Of a DNA stretch of 64,000 bases, positions 37,548 to 47,129 are shown piece after piece. Position 1 is the first letter of the stretch. Each line of letters opens with the position of its first letter. This stretch comes from Candidatus Hydrogenedentota bacterium (GTDB lineage: Bacteria > Hydrogenedentota > Hydrogenedentia > Hydrogenedentales > JAEUWI01): assembly GCA_034669905.1 (NCBI GenBank), contig JAXMOL010000020.1:69147-133146 (forward strand). Reading direction: 5' to 3'. The position numbers and the translations under genes are program-made. Below the pieces are notes generated by a model. It was given only the letters and a program-made list of their open reading frames with translations. It was not told the DNA's origin and did no database searches.

Positions 37548-39430
37548 CAATACTCCGCCCGGTAGGTATAGACCCACCATTCAATAGCCAGCACCGCCAG
37601 TCCGCCGAGGAGCAGCCAGCGCCAGAGTTCTTTCGTAAAGGAAATTGGCCCCGCTACGGCAGCCAATTGCTGTGTTCCCATTTGCACCTCGTCTGCGGGA
37701 CGAATGGCGGATTCGGCCTGATCCAGCAGGTTCACGGCATAGTGATCCACTTGTTCTCCCCGGGTCACGGTATAGGGACCGGCCGTATTGGTCGCCCCAT
37801 AGTAAACCGGACGCACAGGGTCCAGCTCCAGGGTTGTTGTGTCGCCGGCAGGGGTCTGGACCTGCGCCACGAGCGACTCCGGGAGCGGGTAGACTTCGAT
37901 AGGACTTCCAGTCGCAATCGCAGCATCTCCCGCGATTCGCCCCTGGGGAAGCCAGGCAAGGAGATTTTGCATGAAGAGCGGAAAAGACAGGTGCAAAGGC
38001 CAGTTGCTGTCTCCGATGTCGAAGGCAACCAGGAGCATGGGCTGAAGCGATTGGCTGATGTCTGCGATGAGCGCCCCGCCTTCGGTGGACACCAGGGTGG
38101 TGGCTCCCGCAGGCAACTGAAGCTGGAGGGCCTTCGCGATGGATACGTTGCCCGGGTTGGTATAACGCAGCACCGGGTGCTCTTTGTCGAGCCCCATGAT
38201 CGGCGGGTTGCTCAGTTCGCCGATCACGTCGAGGCCTTCCATCGCGGGTACCGTGTTGAAAAAGACCAGGGTGCCCGCAGGCAGTTCTTCCGGACACCAG
38301 CCTTCAAAGAGGTAGAGGTCCGTTTCGTCGTTCGGTGTAAACTGCTCCGGCGTACCCACCGAGAGCTTCACCCGGGGGTCCAGGGAAAAGACATGGCGCA
38401 GCATGCTGAGCCCAATGCTGTCTGGCGTTCCTACGAGGTAGACGTGGATAAAGGTTTCCTGTTTTACGGAGAGCCATGCCCTGTTGTCCCGGGCCAGCGC
38501 ATCTTCCAGATCCAACTCGGCGCGAAGAATACCTTCTTCCAGGTCGGGCAGGACGAAAATGGCCTCGTCGGTGTCACCAGGTGGAATGGTGAGCTCATCG
38601 ACCCCGAGCAGGTGCTCTTCGAAATAGAGCGACAAGGTGCTTTGGGATTCCACGTCCCGGTCGTTGTAGACCTGGATGAAGCACTGTCGGGCCTCTTCCG
38701 AGGTGCTGTCGTTGCGGACGCTGAGGCGGGTGATTCCCAGGTTATCATTGGTCTTTCCCGCCTGGATATATTGGAGGGGAAGACTGAGTGCCGCCAGACG
38801 TTCCCCTTCACGAATGTTGCCATCGCTGAAGAGCAGTACTTCCAGGCCATGGACTACGGCGGTCACATCCGGATTGACGGGCGCGATAGAGCGAATGATC
38901 TGGGCGGCATCGCGGACGTTGCTCCGGGTGTCGTGGGCTTCAATGCCCTCAATGGCCCGTCTAAGATGATAGAGATCGTCGGTCAGTTCGCAGCGCACGT
39001 CGGCCGACTCCGCAAAGGCGATGACCATGGCCTTGTCGCCCCGTTCCATACCATTCACCACTTCCAGCGCAGCCGCTTTGGCCAGTGCCAGCCGGGTACC
39101 GTCGCGCTCCACGGTCTGCATACTGGCAGAATGGTCAAGGAGGAGGCACAGGTTTCGTCCTTCAATGCCACTGGATTGCATGTAGGGGCGGGCGAGGGCA
39201 GTAACCAGCAGCAAAAGGATAAGAATCTGAAGAAGAAGCAGGAGATTGCGGCGCAGCTTCTGAAAGGGGGCGTTGGCCGTGAGGTCTTGCAGGCTCTTCA
39301 TCCACAACATCGTGCTGGGTATGATGACTTCGGAACGCCGCAATTTAAGCAGGTAGAGCAAGATCAGCAGGGGGATAAGCCCGAGAAAGGCGAAAGCGCG
39401 GGGGGTGATAAAGAAATCCATGCTACTCAT
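37547..39430 (-). CDS. BatA-like N-terminal + VWA domain membrane protein
   Basis: LILLYLLK...PSTMLW...ALARP BatA motif; MIDAS LLDHSASM; LFSDG; SNWPLHLSFP; C-terminal ELWRWLL...AIEWW. Confidence 0.9.
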   Translation of the reverse strand: MSSMDFFITPRAFAFLGLIPLLILLYLLKLRRSEVIIPSTMLWMKSLQDLTANAPFQKLRRNLLLLLQILILLLLVTALARPYMQSSGIEGRNLCLLLDHSASMQTVERDGTRLALAKAAALEVVNGMERGDKAMVIAFAESADVRCELTDDLYHLRRAIEGIEAHDTRSNVRDAAQIIRSIAPVNPDVTAVVHGLEVLLFSDGNIREGERLAALSLPLQYIQAGKTNDNLGITRLSVRNDSTSEEARQCFIQVYNDRDVESQSTLSLYFEEHLLGVDELTIPPGDTDEAIFVLPDLEEGILRAELDLEDALARDNRAWLSVKQETFIHVYLVGTPDSIGLSMLRHVFSLDPRVKLSVGTPEQFTPNDETDLYLFEGWCPEELPAGTLVFFNTVPAMEGLDVIGELSNPPIMGLDKEHPVLRYTNPGNVSIAKALQLQLPAGATTLVSTEGGALIADISQSLQPMLLVAFDIGDSNWPLHLSFPLFMQNLLAWLPQGRIAGDAAIATGSPIEVYPLPESLVAQVQTPAGDTTTLELDPVRPVYYGATNTAGPYTVTRGEQVDHYAVNLLDQAESAIRPADEVQMGTQQLAAVAGPISFTKELWRWLLLGGLAVLAIEWWVYTYRAEY

Positions 39431-40329
39431 CGCAGTAGCCCCCCTTTGCGAAAGACATCGAGAAGTATGTTCTCAACGGGGGTGTCGCTCGAAACGAGAT
39501 AATGCCCCATACCCCGTCCGAGACAATAGGTGCGGACCCGCTCGACAAAGGCGTCCCGGTTCTGGTGGTAGCGCTTCAGGAGGGCCCGACTCACCGAGAC
39601 TTCAGTATAGTGCTCCGACTCGCTGTCAACGAGTTTGAGGTCGCCGGTCAGTTCCGGTTCGATTTCTTCCGGGGCGAGGACCTGGACGATATAGACATCC
39701 GAGCGGGTGGCGCACAGCCGTTTCAGGGCCGGTTCAAAGCCCTCTTCATCCAGGAAGTCGGAGATGACCACATAGACCCCCCGGTTTCGCTGGCGCATGG
39801 AATACATGCGAATGGCTTCATCCAGATTGGTGCTACCCCCTGCATCGTTTTTCTGCAGGAAGGCAAAGAGCTTGTTGGCCGAAGCTTTGCCCCGGATGGG
39901 TGTGAGCCCTTCAACACGGTCCCCGCTCAAAAGGCCGACGGAAACGCGGTCGTAGCCCGCCAGGCCGATGTAGCCCATGGCGGCCACCAGTTTCTGTCCG
40001 AAGGCGAATTTCTGTGGCGTGCCGAAGGCCATCGACTGACTCACGTCCAGCAGGAGATGGAGCGTCACATCTTCAAACTCCTGAAAGAGCTTCAAATAGA
40101 GTTCATCCAGCCGGCCGTAGATATTCCAGTCCACATGACGGAGATCATCGCCCTGAACGTAGTTCCGGAAATCGGCAAAGTCGGTACTCGTACCCTTGCG
40201 CTTGCTGCGCCGTTCCCCCTTTGCCGCACCAAGATGAACCTTCTTGACGGCAATCGCCATCCGCTCCAAGCGGCGGAGAAAGGTGGCATCCAGCAGGGGC
40301 GCGGTATCGTTGTGGGAAGGGGGTGTCAC
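39427..40329 (-). CDS. DUF58 domain protein (MoxR-associated)
   Basis: GTSTDFADFRNYVQGDDLRHVDWNIYGR, LLDVSQSM, VISDFL. Confidence 0.93.
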   Translation of the reverse strand: MTPPSHNDTAPLLDATFLRRLERMAIAVKKVHLGAAKGERRSKRKGTSTDFADFRNYVQGDDLRHVDWNIYGRLDELYLKLFQEFEDVTLHLLLDVSQSMAFGTPQKFAFGQKLVAAMGYIGLAGYDRVSVGLLSGDRVEGLTPIRGKASANKLFAFLQKNDAGGSTNLDEAIRMYSMRQRNRGVYVVISDFLDEEGFEPALKRLCATRSDVYIVQVLAPEEIEPELTGDLKLVDSESEHYTEVSVSRALLKRYHQNRDAFVERVRTYCLGRGMGHYLVSSDTPVENILLDVFRKGGLLR

Positions 40330-41321
40330 GCCACCAGCTCCGCGGTCTTGACGCCGTCCAGGATACCCTGAATGATCTGGTCGGAGGTGATGCCCTCCGC
40401 GTCGGCCTCAAAGTTGACGAGCACCCGGTGGCGCAAGGCATGCAGGGCCGTGTGCTGAATGTCTGAAAAACTCACGTTGTAGCGGCCGGCACGGAGCGCC
40501 TGCACTTTGGCGGCCAGGAGCAAGGCCTGGGCACCACGGGGACTGGACCCGAAACGCACGTATTGTTTCACCAGATCGGTGGCGTACTCGGTGCTGGGCT
40601 GGGTGGCCAGCACGAGTCGCACCGCATAGTCGGTCACCTGGGGCGCCGCGACCACGTCCCGCACAAACCCCTGCCACTTCCGAATTCCGTGGCCATCCAT
40701 GACGTTTTCTCCCGTTGCCACGTCGCGCGTGGTGGTTCGGTCGAGAATCTGGGTCAGCTCTTCGCGGTTGGGAAAGGTTACGGACACCTTCAGGAGAAAG
40801 CGGTCCAACTGGGCCTCGGGCAGGGGGTAGGTGCCGTCCATCTCGATGGGGTTCTGGGTGGCCAATACGAAGAAGGGCTCTTCCAGGGTGTGCACCGTGC
40901 GGGCCACCGATACGGTGTGTTCCTGCATCGCCTCCAGGAGGGCCGACTGGGTCTTGGGCGTTGCCCGGTTTATCTCATCGGCGAGGACGATGTTGGCGAA
41001 GATGGGACCGGGACGGAATTCCATTTGACGGTGGCCTTCTTCGTCTTCAATCAACATGGTGGTGCCGATGATGTCTGCGGGCATGAGATCGGGGGTAAAC
41101 TGGATGCGACTGAAGTTCAGATCGAGGGCTTCACTGATGGTGCGTACCAGCATGGTCTTGCCCAGTCCGGGTACGCCTTCCAGGAGACAGTGGCCGCCAG
41201 CGAAGATGCACGTCAAGACGGCCTCCACGGTATCGGTACTACCGACGATGACCCGGCCAATTTCATTCTGCAGCTTATCAAAGACCTCGCGAAACTCCGC
41301 GGCCTGTTCTTCCACGCTCAT
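40326..41321 (-). CDS. moxR: MoxR-family AAA+ ATPase
   Basis: LLEGVPGLGKT, RIQFTPDLMPADIIGT, LADEINRATPKTQSALLEAMQE, ATQNPIE, PLPEAQLDRF, GSSPRG; start MSVEEQ with AGGAG RBS. Confidence 0.96.
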   Translation of the reverse strand: MSVEEQAAEFREVFDKLQNEIGRVIVGSTDTVEAVLTCIFAGGHCLLEGVPGLGKTMLVRTISEALDLNFSRIQFTPDLMPADIIGTTMLIEDEEGHRQMEFRPGPIFANIVLADEINRATPKTQSALLEAMQEHTVSVARTVHTLEEPFFVLATQNPIEMDGTYPLPEAQLDRFLLKVSVTFPNREELTQILDRTTTRDVATGENVMDGHGIRKWQGFVRDVVAAPQVTDYAVRLVLATQPSTEYATDLVKQYVRFGSSPRGAQALLLAAKVQALRAGRYNVSFSDIQHTALHALRHRVLVNFEADAEGITSDQIIQGILDGVKTAELVA

Positions 41322-41355
41322 ATCGATTCTCCTGTTTTTACGTATCTGTTCATCG

Positions 41356-44244
41356 CTATTTTTCCCCCTTGTCGGTCTGTTTCTGGGCCCGTTCTTTGGC
41401 GGCCAACAAACGGCTGGTGTAGTCGGAGTGGCCCTTCTGCTCCGGGCTCGCGGCAATCTCCGGTCCGCTGCTTACGCGGGAAGCCGTGGGGGCTATCGGG
41501 GCCGTGGGTTCGGATACGGTGCCGAAGGAGGCGGTCTCGGTGGCCGTGCCATAATCGTGCTCCTTCGCCGCCGCACGGTATACGCCCGTGACGGCCTGGG
41601 GGCGAAGCGCCGGGGCCGGAATCCATCGCTTGAGTCCGGGAAGGGCATGAAGCCCTTTCCAGAGGGGAATTAACAGTGTTGCCGGGGAAATCATGACGCG
41701 CCGGATGAAGACTTCCAGGAGCAGGAGGCAGGCGGCCAATGCGGCGAGCCAATGCCAGATGGGGAAGATGTTGGCCGACGCCACCAGGTCATGTTCGAAG
41801 GGATTGGTGGCATCGTCCAGCATCCGTCCCCCGCCAAGGAGGGCATACTTTTCCAGCAAGGGCGTATTGGTCGTGTTGAATTCGTATTCCTCGGAGTAAT
41901 CTACCGCCAGGCCCGTGGGGATCATGCGTTGCACATTCTGGTCGTCCGCATAGGTCAGGTTTACCATGTAGATCCCCGTATCATCGAGGGGAAAGGTGCC
42001 TTCGTAAATCCCCGGTCCCGACTGGGAAAGGGCGATTTCGCGGGACTCAAATCCCGGTGTGGTCACCACGCCTTTGGGGCGCAGAAAGTTGATGAAATTC
42101 CCCTCGCCATCCACCGCATCAATGCGCACGACCCCCTGTCCATTTTCGCGGCGGGTCTCCACGCGAAAGTCGGAAGGGGTCAGGTCACGGAGACTCCAGC
42201 GCACCGTCTGTGCCCAGAAGCGGTCGTAGCCTTCCCAGCCAAGCCAGTTGGCGCCCCAGCGCTGTGTCGCGTCGGACGTAAAGGCAACGGCTTTACCGAG
42301 GCCGTAACGCCAGTGCGCAAGCACCGGGTCGCCCTCATCGGAAACGAGGGGTATGGTGGCCGTTTCTTTGGGGAAAGTCACCACGTAGCCTTTCAGCGAA
42401 GGCATCGTGGTCGCGGCCAGGCCGTAGAGCAATTCGGAATTGTGAAGGGGTTGGGGGACGAATTCGACTTCTCGAAAGACGCCCATCTTGACGACCGCCG
42501 CTTCCTTGGTGAAAATCTGGGGCAGCTTTTTCGGGTCTTGTACGAAGTAGTATTCGCCACCGGTCATCCGCGCCATACGGCGGAGCATATCCTGGTCACT
42601 CAGGCTGTGGGGATTGATGCAGATGGTGCTGATGGAGATGCCCGCGGCCTTGTAGGCATTCAAATAGCTTGTGGGTGGCGCAGCCGGGTCTCCATCGGAA
42701 ATCAGAATGACCCGCTTGACCCCGGCGTCCACATTTTTTAAGGCGTCGTAGGCTTTTTTGATGCCCGGGGTCGTGTCGGGCATGTCACCGAGATTGCGGT
42801 AATGCTTGTTGATGCTGTCCCGCATCAGGGTCTTGTCGCCGACGGGCTGCAACTCATAGAGCCAGTCGCCCGTGGCGGGCAGGTATCCCAGTGCGCCCAT
42901 GAGATCCCGTGAGGACAGTACGTTCAGCGCGGCCTTGGCGATTTCGGCGGCCCAGGCATTGCCATCGGGAAACTCACAGGTGTGGAGAATCGCGATCAGG
43001 GCCCCGCGGGGCAGAACCTTCTTCTCCTTGATGTCCATCGAAACGGGGAGTACCTTCTCCACGGGCGTATTCAGATAGCCGCCGGCACCGAAGCTGTTGG
43101 GCCCGCCGATCATGGTGAGTCCGATGCCATGATCGCGCACCATAGCCTCTAACATATTCAACTGGCTCGGGCTCAATTCGGTGGCGCTCACATCGGAGAG
43201 GATAACCCCGTCATAGTTCTGGATTTGGGCCAAATCACCCGGCAGATCCCCCACGTGACTTTGTTCCACCGTAATGCCTTCACGTAGGAGGGCGTCTTTC
43301 AGTTGGAGGGAAGTCTCCGGGTTCGCGTCAATATAGAGCACGCGGGGATTGCCATGAACCGTGGTAAAGGAGCGGCCCACGTTGTTTTCCCGTACGCCAT
43401 CCTGCGCCGAATCAATGTGGACTTCGTACTCGAAAAAGCCCGCCTCGGCCGCTTCCTGGGTGAGTACGAAGACGTTGTCCCCGGCCTTAAGCTGCACGGG
43501 CTGGGGGGGCAACATCTGTCGGTCGCTACCCGTGCGCCGCAAGACGTTTAGATCGGCGGAACCGGCCTCATCGGCGTGGACAACGATGCGCAATTGAAAG
43601 GGCTCTTCGGTGTTCGCCTGTTGGGGCGTACTCACTTCCCGGATACGCACCTCACTGGGGCGCTCCATCTGAATGGGGACGACATCTATCGCGATACCCT
43701 CGGCCTGGGCCAGTTTGATTTCTTCGAGGGCCGCGCCCTGGGTTTCGTTGCCATCGCTGAACACCACAATACGGCGCATATACCCCTGCGGGAAGGCGGC
43801 CATGGCCAGGCGAATGGCCGCGGCCACATCGGTCTCTTCACCGCTTACGAAAGATTGAATCTCACCCAGGTTCAAGGTCTCGGCGACATCGAGCTCAATG
43901 CTGGCGTCGGCGCCGAAGACGATCACCCCGGTCTCGTCTTTGTCTGTCATGAAGGTTTCGCAGTAGTTGCGCACCCACTGGGTAGAGGCCAAGCGGATAG
44001 GATCGGGGATACTGTTGGAGTGGTCGAGCAGGAAGAATACGGCGAGCCGGTCCCGGCGGTGTACCCATTCGGCGCCGGCAAGGGACGCAATCACGAGCAG
44101 TAAGATGAGGCTGCGCAATGCAACGGTGATGCCCTTCCGGGTGGAGGAGAGGGATCGGATGCGGAGTCCCATATAGATGGCCCAGGGGATCAAAATCAGC
44201 AGGAGCAGGGCCATCGGTTCGGCAAATCGGAGTTCCCCGCTCAT
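41356..44244 (-). CDS. Membrane protein with two VWA domains and a glutamine-amidotransferase-like domain
   Basis: MIDAS LLDHSNS, VFSDGNET; GLTMIGGPNSFGAGGY...VLPV; ILISDG; LAHWRYGLGKAVAFTSD; C-terminal TM with LLEVFIRR. Confidence 0.9.
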   Translation of the reverse strand: MSGELRFAEPMALLLLILIPWAIYMGLRIRSLSSTRKGITVALRSLILLLVIASLAGAEWVHRRDRLAVFFLLDHSNSIPDPIRLASTQWVRNYCETFMTDKDETGVIVFGADASIELDVAETLNLGEIQSFVSGEETDVAAAIRLAMAAFPQGYMRRIVVFSDGNETQGAALEEIKLAQAEGIAIDVVPIQMERPSEVRIREVSTPQQANTEEPFQLRIVVHADEAGSADLNVLRRTGSDRQMLPPQPVQLKAGDNVFVLTQEAAEAGFFEYEVHIDSAQDGVRENNVGRSFTTVHGNPRVLYIDANPETSLQLKDALLREGITVEQSHVGDLPGDLAQIQNYDGVILSDVSATELSPSQLNMLEAMVRDHGIGLTMIGGPNSFGAGGYLNTPVEKVLPVSMDIKEKKVLPRGALIAILHTCEFPDGNAWAAEIAKAALNVLSSRDLMGALGYLPATGDWLYELQPVGDKTLMRDSINKHYRNLGDMPDTTPGIKKAYDALKNVDAGVKRVILISDGDPAAPPTSYLNAYKAAGISISTICINPHSLSDQDMLRRMARMTGGEYYFVQDPKKLPQIFTKEAAVVKMGVFREVEFVPQPLHNSELLYGLAATTMPSLKGYVVTFPKETATIPLVSDEGDPVLAHWRYGLGKAVAFTSDATQRWGANWLGWEGYDRFWAQTVRWSLRDLTPSDFRVETRRENGQGVVRIDAVDGEGNFINFLRPKGVVTTPGFESREIALSQSGPGIYEGTFPLDDTGIYMVNLTYADDQNVQRMIPTGLAVDYSEEYEFNTTNTPLLEKYALLGGGRMLDDATNPFEHDLVASANIFPIWHWLAALAACLLLLEVFIRRVMISPATLLIPLWKGLHALPGLKRWIPAPALRPQAVTGVYRAAAKEHDYGTATETASFGTVSEPTAPIAPTASRVSSGPEIAASPEQKGHSDYTSRLLAAKERAQKQTDKGEK

Positions 44245-45167
44245 GTCCGTCGCTCCGAGGCGTCAAAGCATTGAACCCGATGATTGTCCGTATCCGCGAC
44301 GTAGAGCCGGCCGGCGGGGGAGACGGCAACGCCCCGGGGGGCATTCAACTGTCCTGCGTTACGGCCCGCGCCGCCAAAGACTTCGATCAAGGTACCTGCG
44401 CCATCAAATCGGGATACCCGGTGCGTTCCGTACTCGGCGACATAGATGGTGTCGTCCGCCCCGATGCAGAGGTCATGGGGGAATTTCAGTTGTCCGGATT
44501 CCGTACCCGCCGCACCAAGATTCCGAAGCCAGGTGCCGTCGGGTGTGAAGCACTGGACGCGGTGATTCGCCGTGTCGGCGACGAAGAGTTCGTGGTTGCG
44601 GTTGCTGCCAATGGCCATGGCCCGATTGAACTGCCCGTCGGACTCGCCGTGGGAGCCCCACTGTCGAAGGAACTGTCGGTCCGCATCGAAAACATGGATT
44701 CGCTCGGCGCCCGTACCGTACTCGGAGATGACGAACTCACCACTTTTTCCAAGTGTGAGCCCCGTGGGATATATGAACTGATCGTCGGCGGTGCCAAATT
44801 GGCCCCACTGGGTGAGCAGGGTTCCCTCGCGGGTATATTCGAGAATGCGGCTGTTGTGGGTGTCGGGAATCAATACCCGGCCGTCGGGATGAAAGGTGAT
44901 GGCGGTGGGGGTGCCGTTTTCCGTGTCGGGAATGACCCAGTGGCGGAGAAAAGTGCCGGACTCATCAAATACCTGCACCCGCCCGGTCGTGTCGATGACG
45001 TAGACCTCTTCGTCACAGACCCCGATCGCCCGAGGCCGGAGAAACTCACCGAAACGCCGGCCCTGTCGCCCCCAGGTGACCACATCGCTCCGCCGCGCCG
45101 GATTGGTGCAGCCGCTCAGGATGCCCATGCCGGACACGGCCAGGAATCGCCGCCGCGTCAACACCAT
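44241..45167 (-). CDS. NHL-repeat beta-propeller, predicted TAT lipoprotein
   Basis: Repeats FLRPRAIG, FIYPTGL, FNRAMAI, LKFPHDL, LNAPRGV with VADTxNHRVQ; N-terminus MVLTRRRFL...LSGC; GGAG RBS before 45167. Confidence 0.9.
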   Translation of the reverse strand: MVLTRRRFLAVSGMGILSGCTNPARRSDVVTWGRQGRRFGEFLRPRAIGVCDEEVYVIDTTGRVQVFDESGTFLRHWVIPDTENGTPTAITFHPDGRVLIPDTHNSRILEYTREGTLLTQWGQFGTADDQFIYPTGLTLGKSGEFVISEYGTGAERIHVFDADRQFLRQWGSHGESDGQFNRAMAIGSNRNHELFVADTANHRVQCFTPDGTWLRNLGAAGTESGQLKFPHDLCIGADDTIYVAEYGTHRVSRFDGAGTLIEVFGGAGRNAGQLNAPRGVAVSPAGRLYVADTDNHRVQCFDASERRT

Positions 45168-45330
45168 GGGCTGATACTCCCGCAACGGATAGCGCGCACG
45201 GAGGAGCATCTCCGATGGACTGACGCGCATGTTTCACAATCGATAAAATCGGTCAACCCGCATTTCCCCTCAAACCTTTTTAATCCGTCGATCGGATTGC
45301 TGCCGACCGGTGCATGGAGCTCATCTGTTG

Positions 45331-46947
45331 CTATTGGGCGCTGGTATCTCCCTCAAGGGTCCCAAAATAGTGGCGCACGAATTCCTCCGAGCCCCGGGGA
45401 ATTTCTTCCCGCGTCAGGGCCTCCTCGGCTTCCTGCTGGGCCTGAACGATGCTGCCCTGCATGACCTGAATCTGCGCCTCACTGTCCTCGTCAGGCGTCG
45501 TTTTCTGGATGATGCTGGCGAGCATCTTGCCCTCATTCACCTGGCCCGGGAGCATGGCCGGCGTCATCGCCACGTCCACGTCGGGAAGATCACCGACCCG
45601 GTTGCCCTCACCCTGGCCGGGACCACCCATTCCGAGGCCCTTGCCGCCGCCTATTCGGAGGCCTTTCTGATACCCGCTTCCGCTGCATTGCCCCGAAGCG
45701 CAGGTGCCGGAACAGGACTTCCCTTCACAGGAACCGTCACAGTCTTTCCCCTTATCGCAAGCGGCTAACTTGTTGCCGCAGGTCCGGCAGAAGGGGCTGT
45801 CGCCCATCATCCCTTTTTCCCAGGCCTTCATTTCGGCCATGGCCTGGTCGAGTTGGGCCAGTTGCTCGAGGACCGACGCCAGCTCTTTTTCCGAAAGCGC
45901 TAGGCTTTCCATGGCGGATTCCATTCCTTCGGGATTGTCACTTGCCAGGGCCGCGGCCGCTTTCGCCAGGGCAGACGCCAATGCGGAATCCATTTCACTG
46001 GCACTGTTTTCCTGCAGCGCCTTCGATATTTCTTTCAAGTCACTGGCGAGGTCCTTACGCTCTTTTTCCGATAGGCCGCCCTCCGCCAGCTTTTTCTGAA
46101 GCTTTTCCATTTTCTTCTTGGCCGCGGCCATATTCCCCTGCTGCAAGTCTTTGGAGAGCCCCTTGGTAAAGGGCGAAGCATTCGCTTTGTTCCCCGCCTT
46201 GTTCAAGTAGGACTTGGAGGCCAGGGCCTTCTGCTCGGCTTCCATGCTATCCCGAAGATTTTTTACCTTGGCGAGGGCCTGCTTTTCCGTAATCTTGCCG
46301 TGTTTCAATTCCTCGGAAAGGGACTCCAACGCGAGGGCCTTCTGATTCAGGCCAGAGAGGGGAATCTTGTCGGGGGCCTTGAGGGCCTTGGCCACCTTCT
46401 CCAGACGCTTGGCCTTTTCCTGCTGGGCCTGGGCTTTCACCGTGGCCTGCAAGGCGCGCTCCTGATAACCGAAGAGGTCAAACTCGGGAAGGGTGACATA
46501 GGCCAAACCAAACAGCACAACAGGTACGACAAGCCACTTGGTGGCCCGGGTGGGCTGCAGCGGGAAATCTCGGCCTGCGTTGAGGCGCTCCACATGCAGC
46601 ATCGCATCCCGATGTACTGCCGTCACCATGGGGGACTGCTGCCCCGCAAGTTCCAGGGAGGAGGTCAGACGCTCGCGCAGTCCCAACCGCTCGTCGGCGG
46701 CCAGGGCAGCGGTCTTAATCGTGGGGCGCTGTTGATAGGTAAGCCAGCAGGCCACGAGGAATCCGACGGCCAGGATGGCACCGGCGCCCTCGACTTCATA
46801 GCGCAGCAGGGGAAAGAGTCGGCACAGGAGAAGCCACACACAGGCTGCCGAGGCTGTCCACATGAGTGCTTGAGAAAGGTGCGTCAACCCACGCTGGGCC
46901 CAAATCCGTTTCCGAATACGATTGAGTGGAAGATAAAGGGGAGACAT
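45331..46947 (-). CDS. Membrane-anchored coiled-coil protein with Cys-rich and Gly-rich C-terminal region
   Basis: Three TM segments around ADERLGLRERLTSSLE; long K/E/Q/A-rich helix; eight-Cys cluster; C-terminal EEIPRGSEEFVRHYF. Confidence 0.8.
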   Translation of the reverse strand: MSPLYLPLNRIRKRIWAQRGLTHLSQALMWTASAACVWLLLCRLFPLLRYEVEGAGAILAVGFLVACWLTYQQRPTIKTAALAADERLGLRERLTSSLELAGQQSPMVTAVHRDAMLHVERLNAGRDFPLQPTRATKWLVVPVVLFGLAYVTLPEFDLFGYQERALQATVKAQAQQEKAKRLEKVAKALKAPDKIPLSGLNQKALALESLSEELKHGKITEKQALAKVKNLRDSMEAEQKALASKSYLNKAGNKANASPFTKGLSKDLQQGNMAAAKKKMEKLQKKLAEGGLSEKERKDLASDLKEISKALQENSASEMDSALASALAKAAAALASDNPEGMESAMESLALSEKELASVLEQLAQLDQAMAEMKAWEKGMMGDSPFCRTCGNKLAACDKGKDCDGSCEGKSCSGTCASGQCSGSGYQKGLRIGGGKGLGMGGPGQGEGNRVGDLPDVDVAMTPAMLPGQVNEGKMLASIIQKTTPDEDSEAQIQVMQGSIVQAQQEAEEALTREEIPRGSEEFVRHYFGTLEGDTSAQ

Positions 46948-47129
46948 GTTGTCACCTCCGGTAGACTTTCTTGCCGCCGTATACCGCGCTATGCCGATAC
47001 CTCAGTATAGAGGAGTACCTCGCTTTCCGCAATACGAGGGGTTCCTGCCGTCTCAGGGTATCTGCCTGCGATTGGCGCTATAACTCCAATGTCCTCTTAG
47101 CGCTATTACGATCAACACCGGGTGCAGGT

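Noticed and set aside
37451..39502. 683-aa plus-strand ORF
   Set aside because: Antisense shadow of the BatA/VWA gene.
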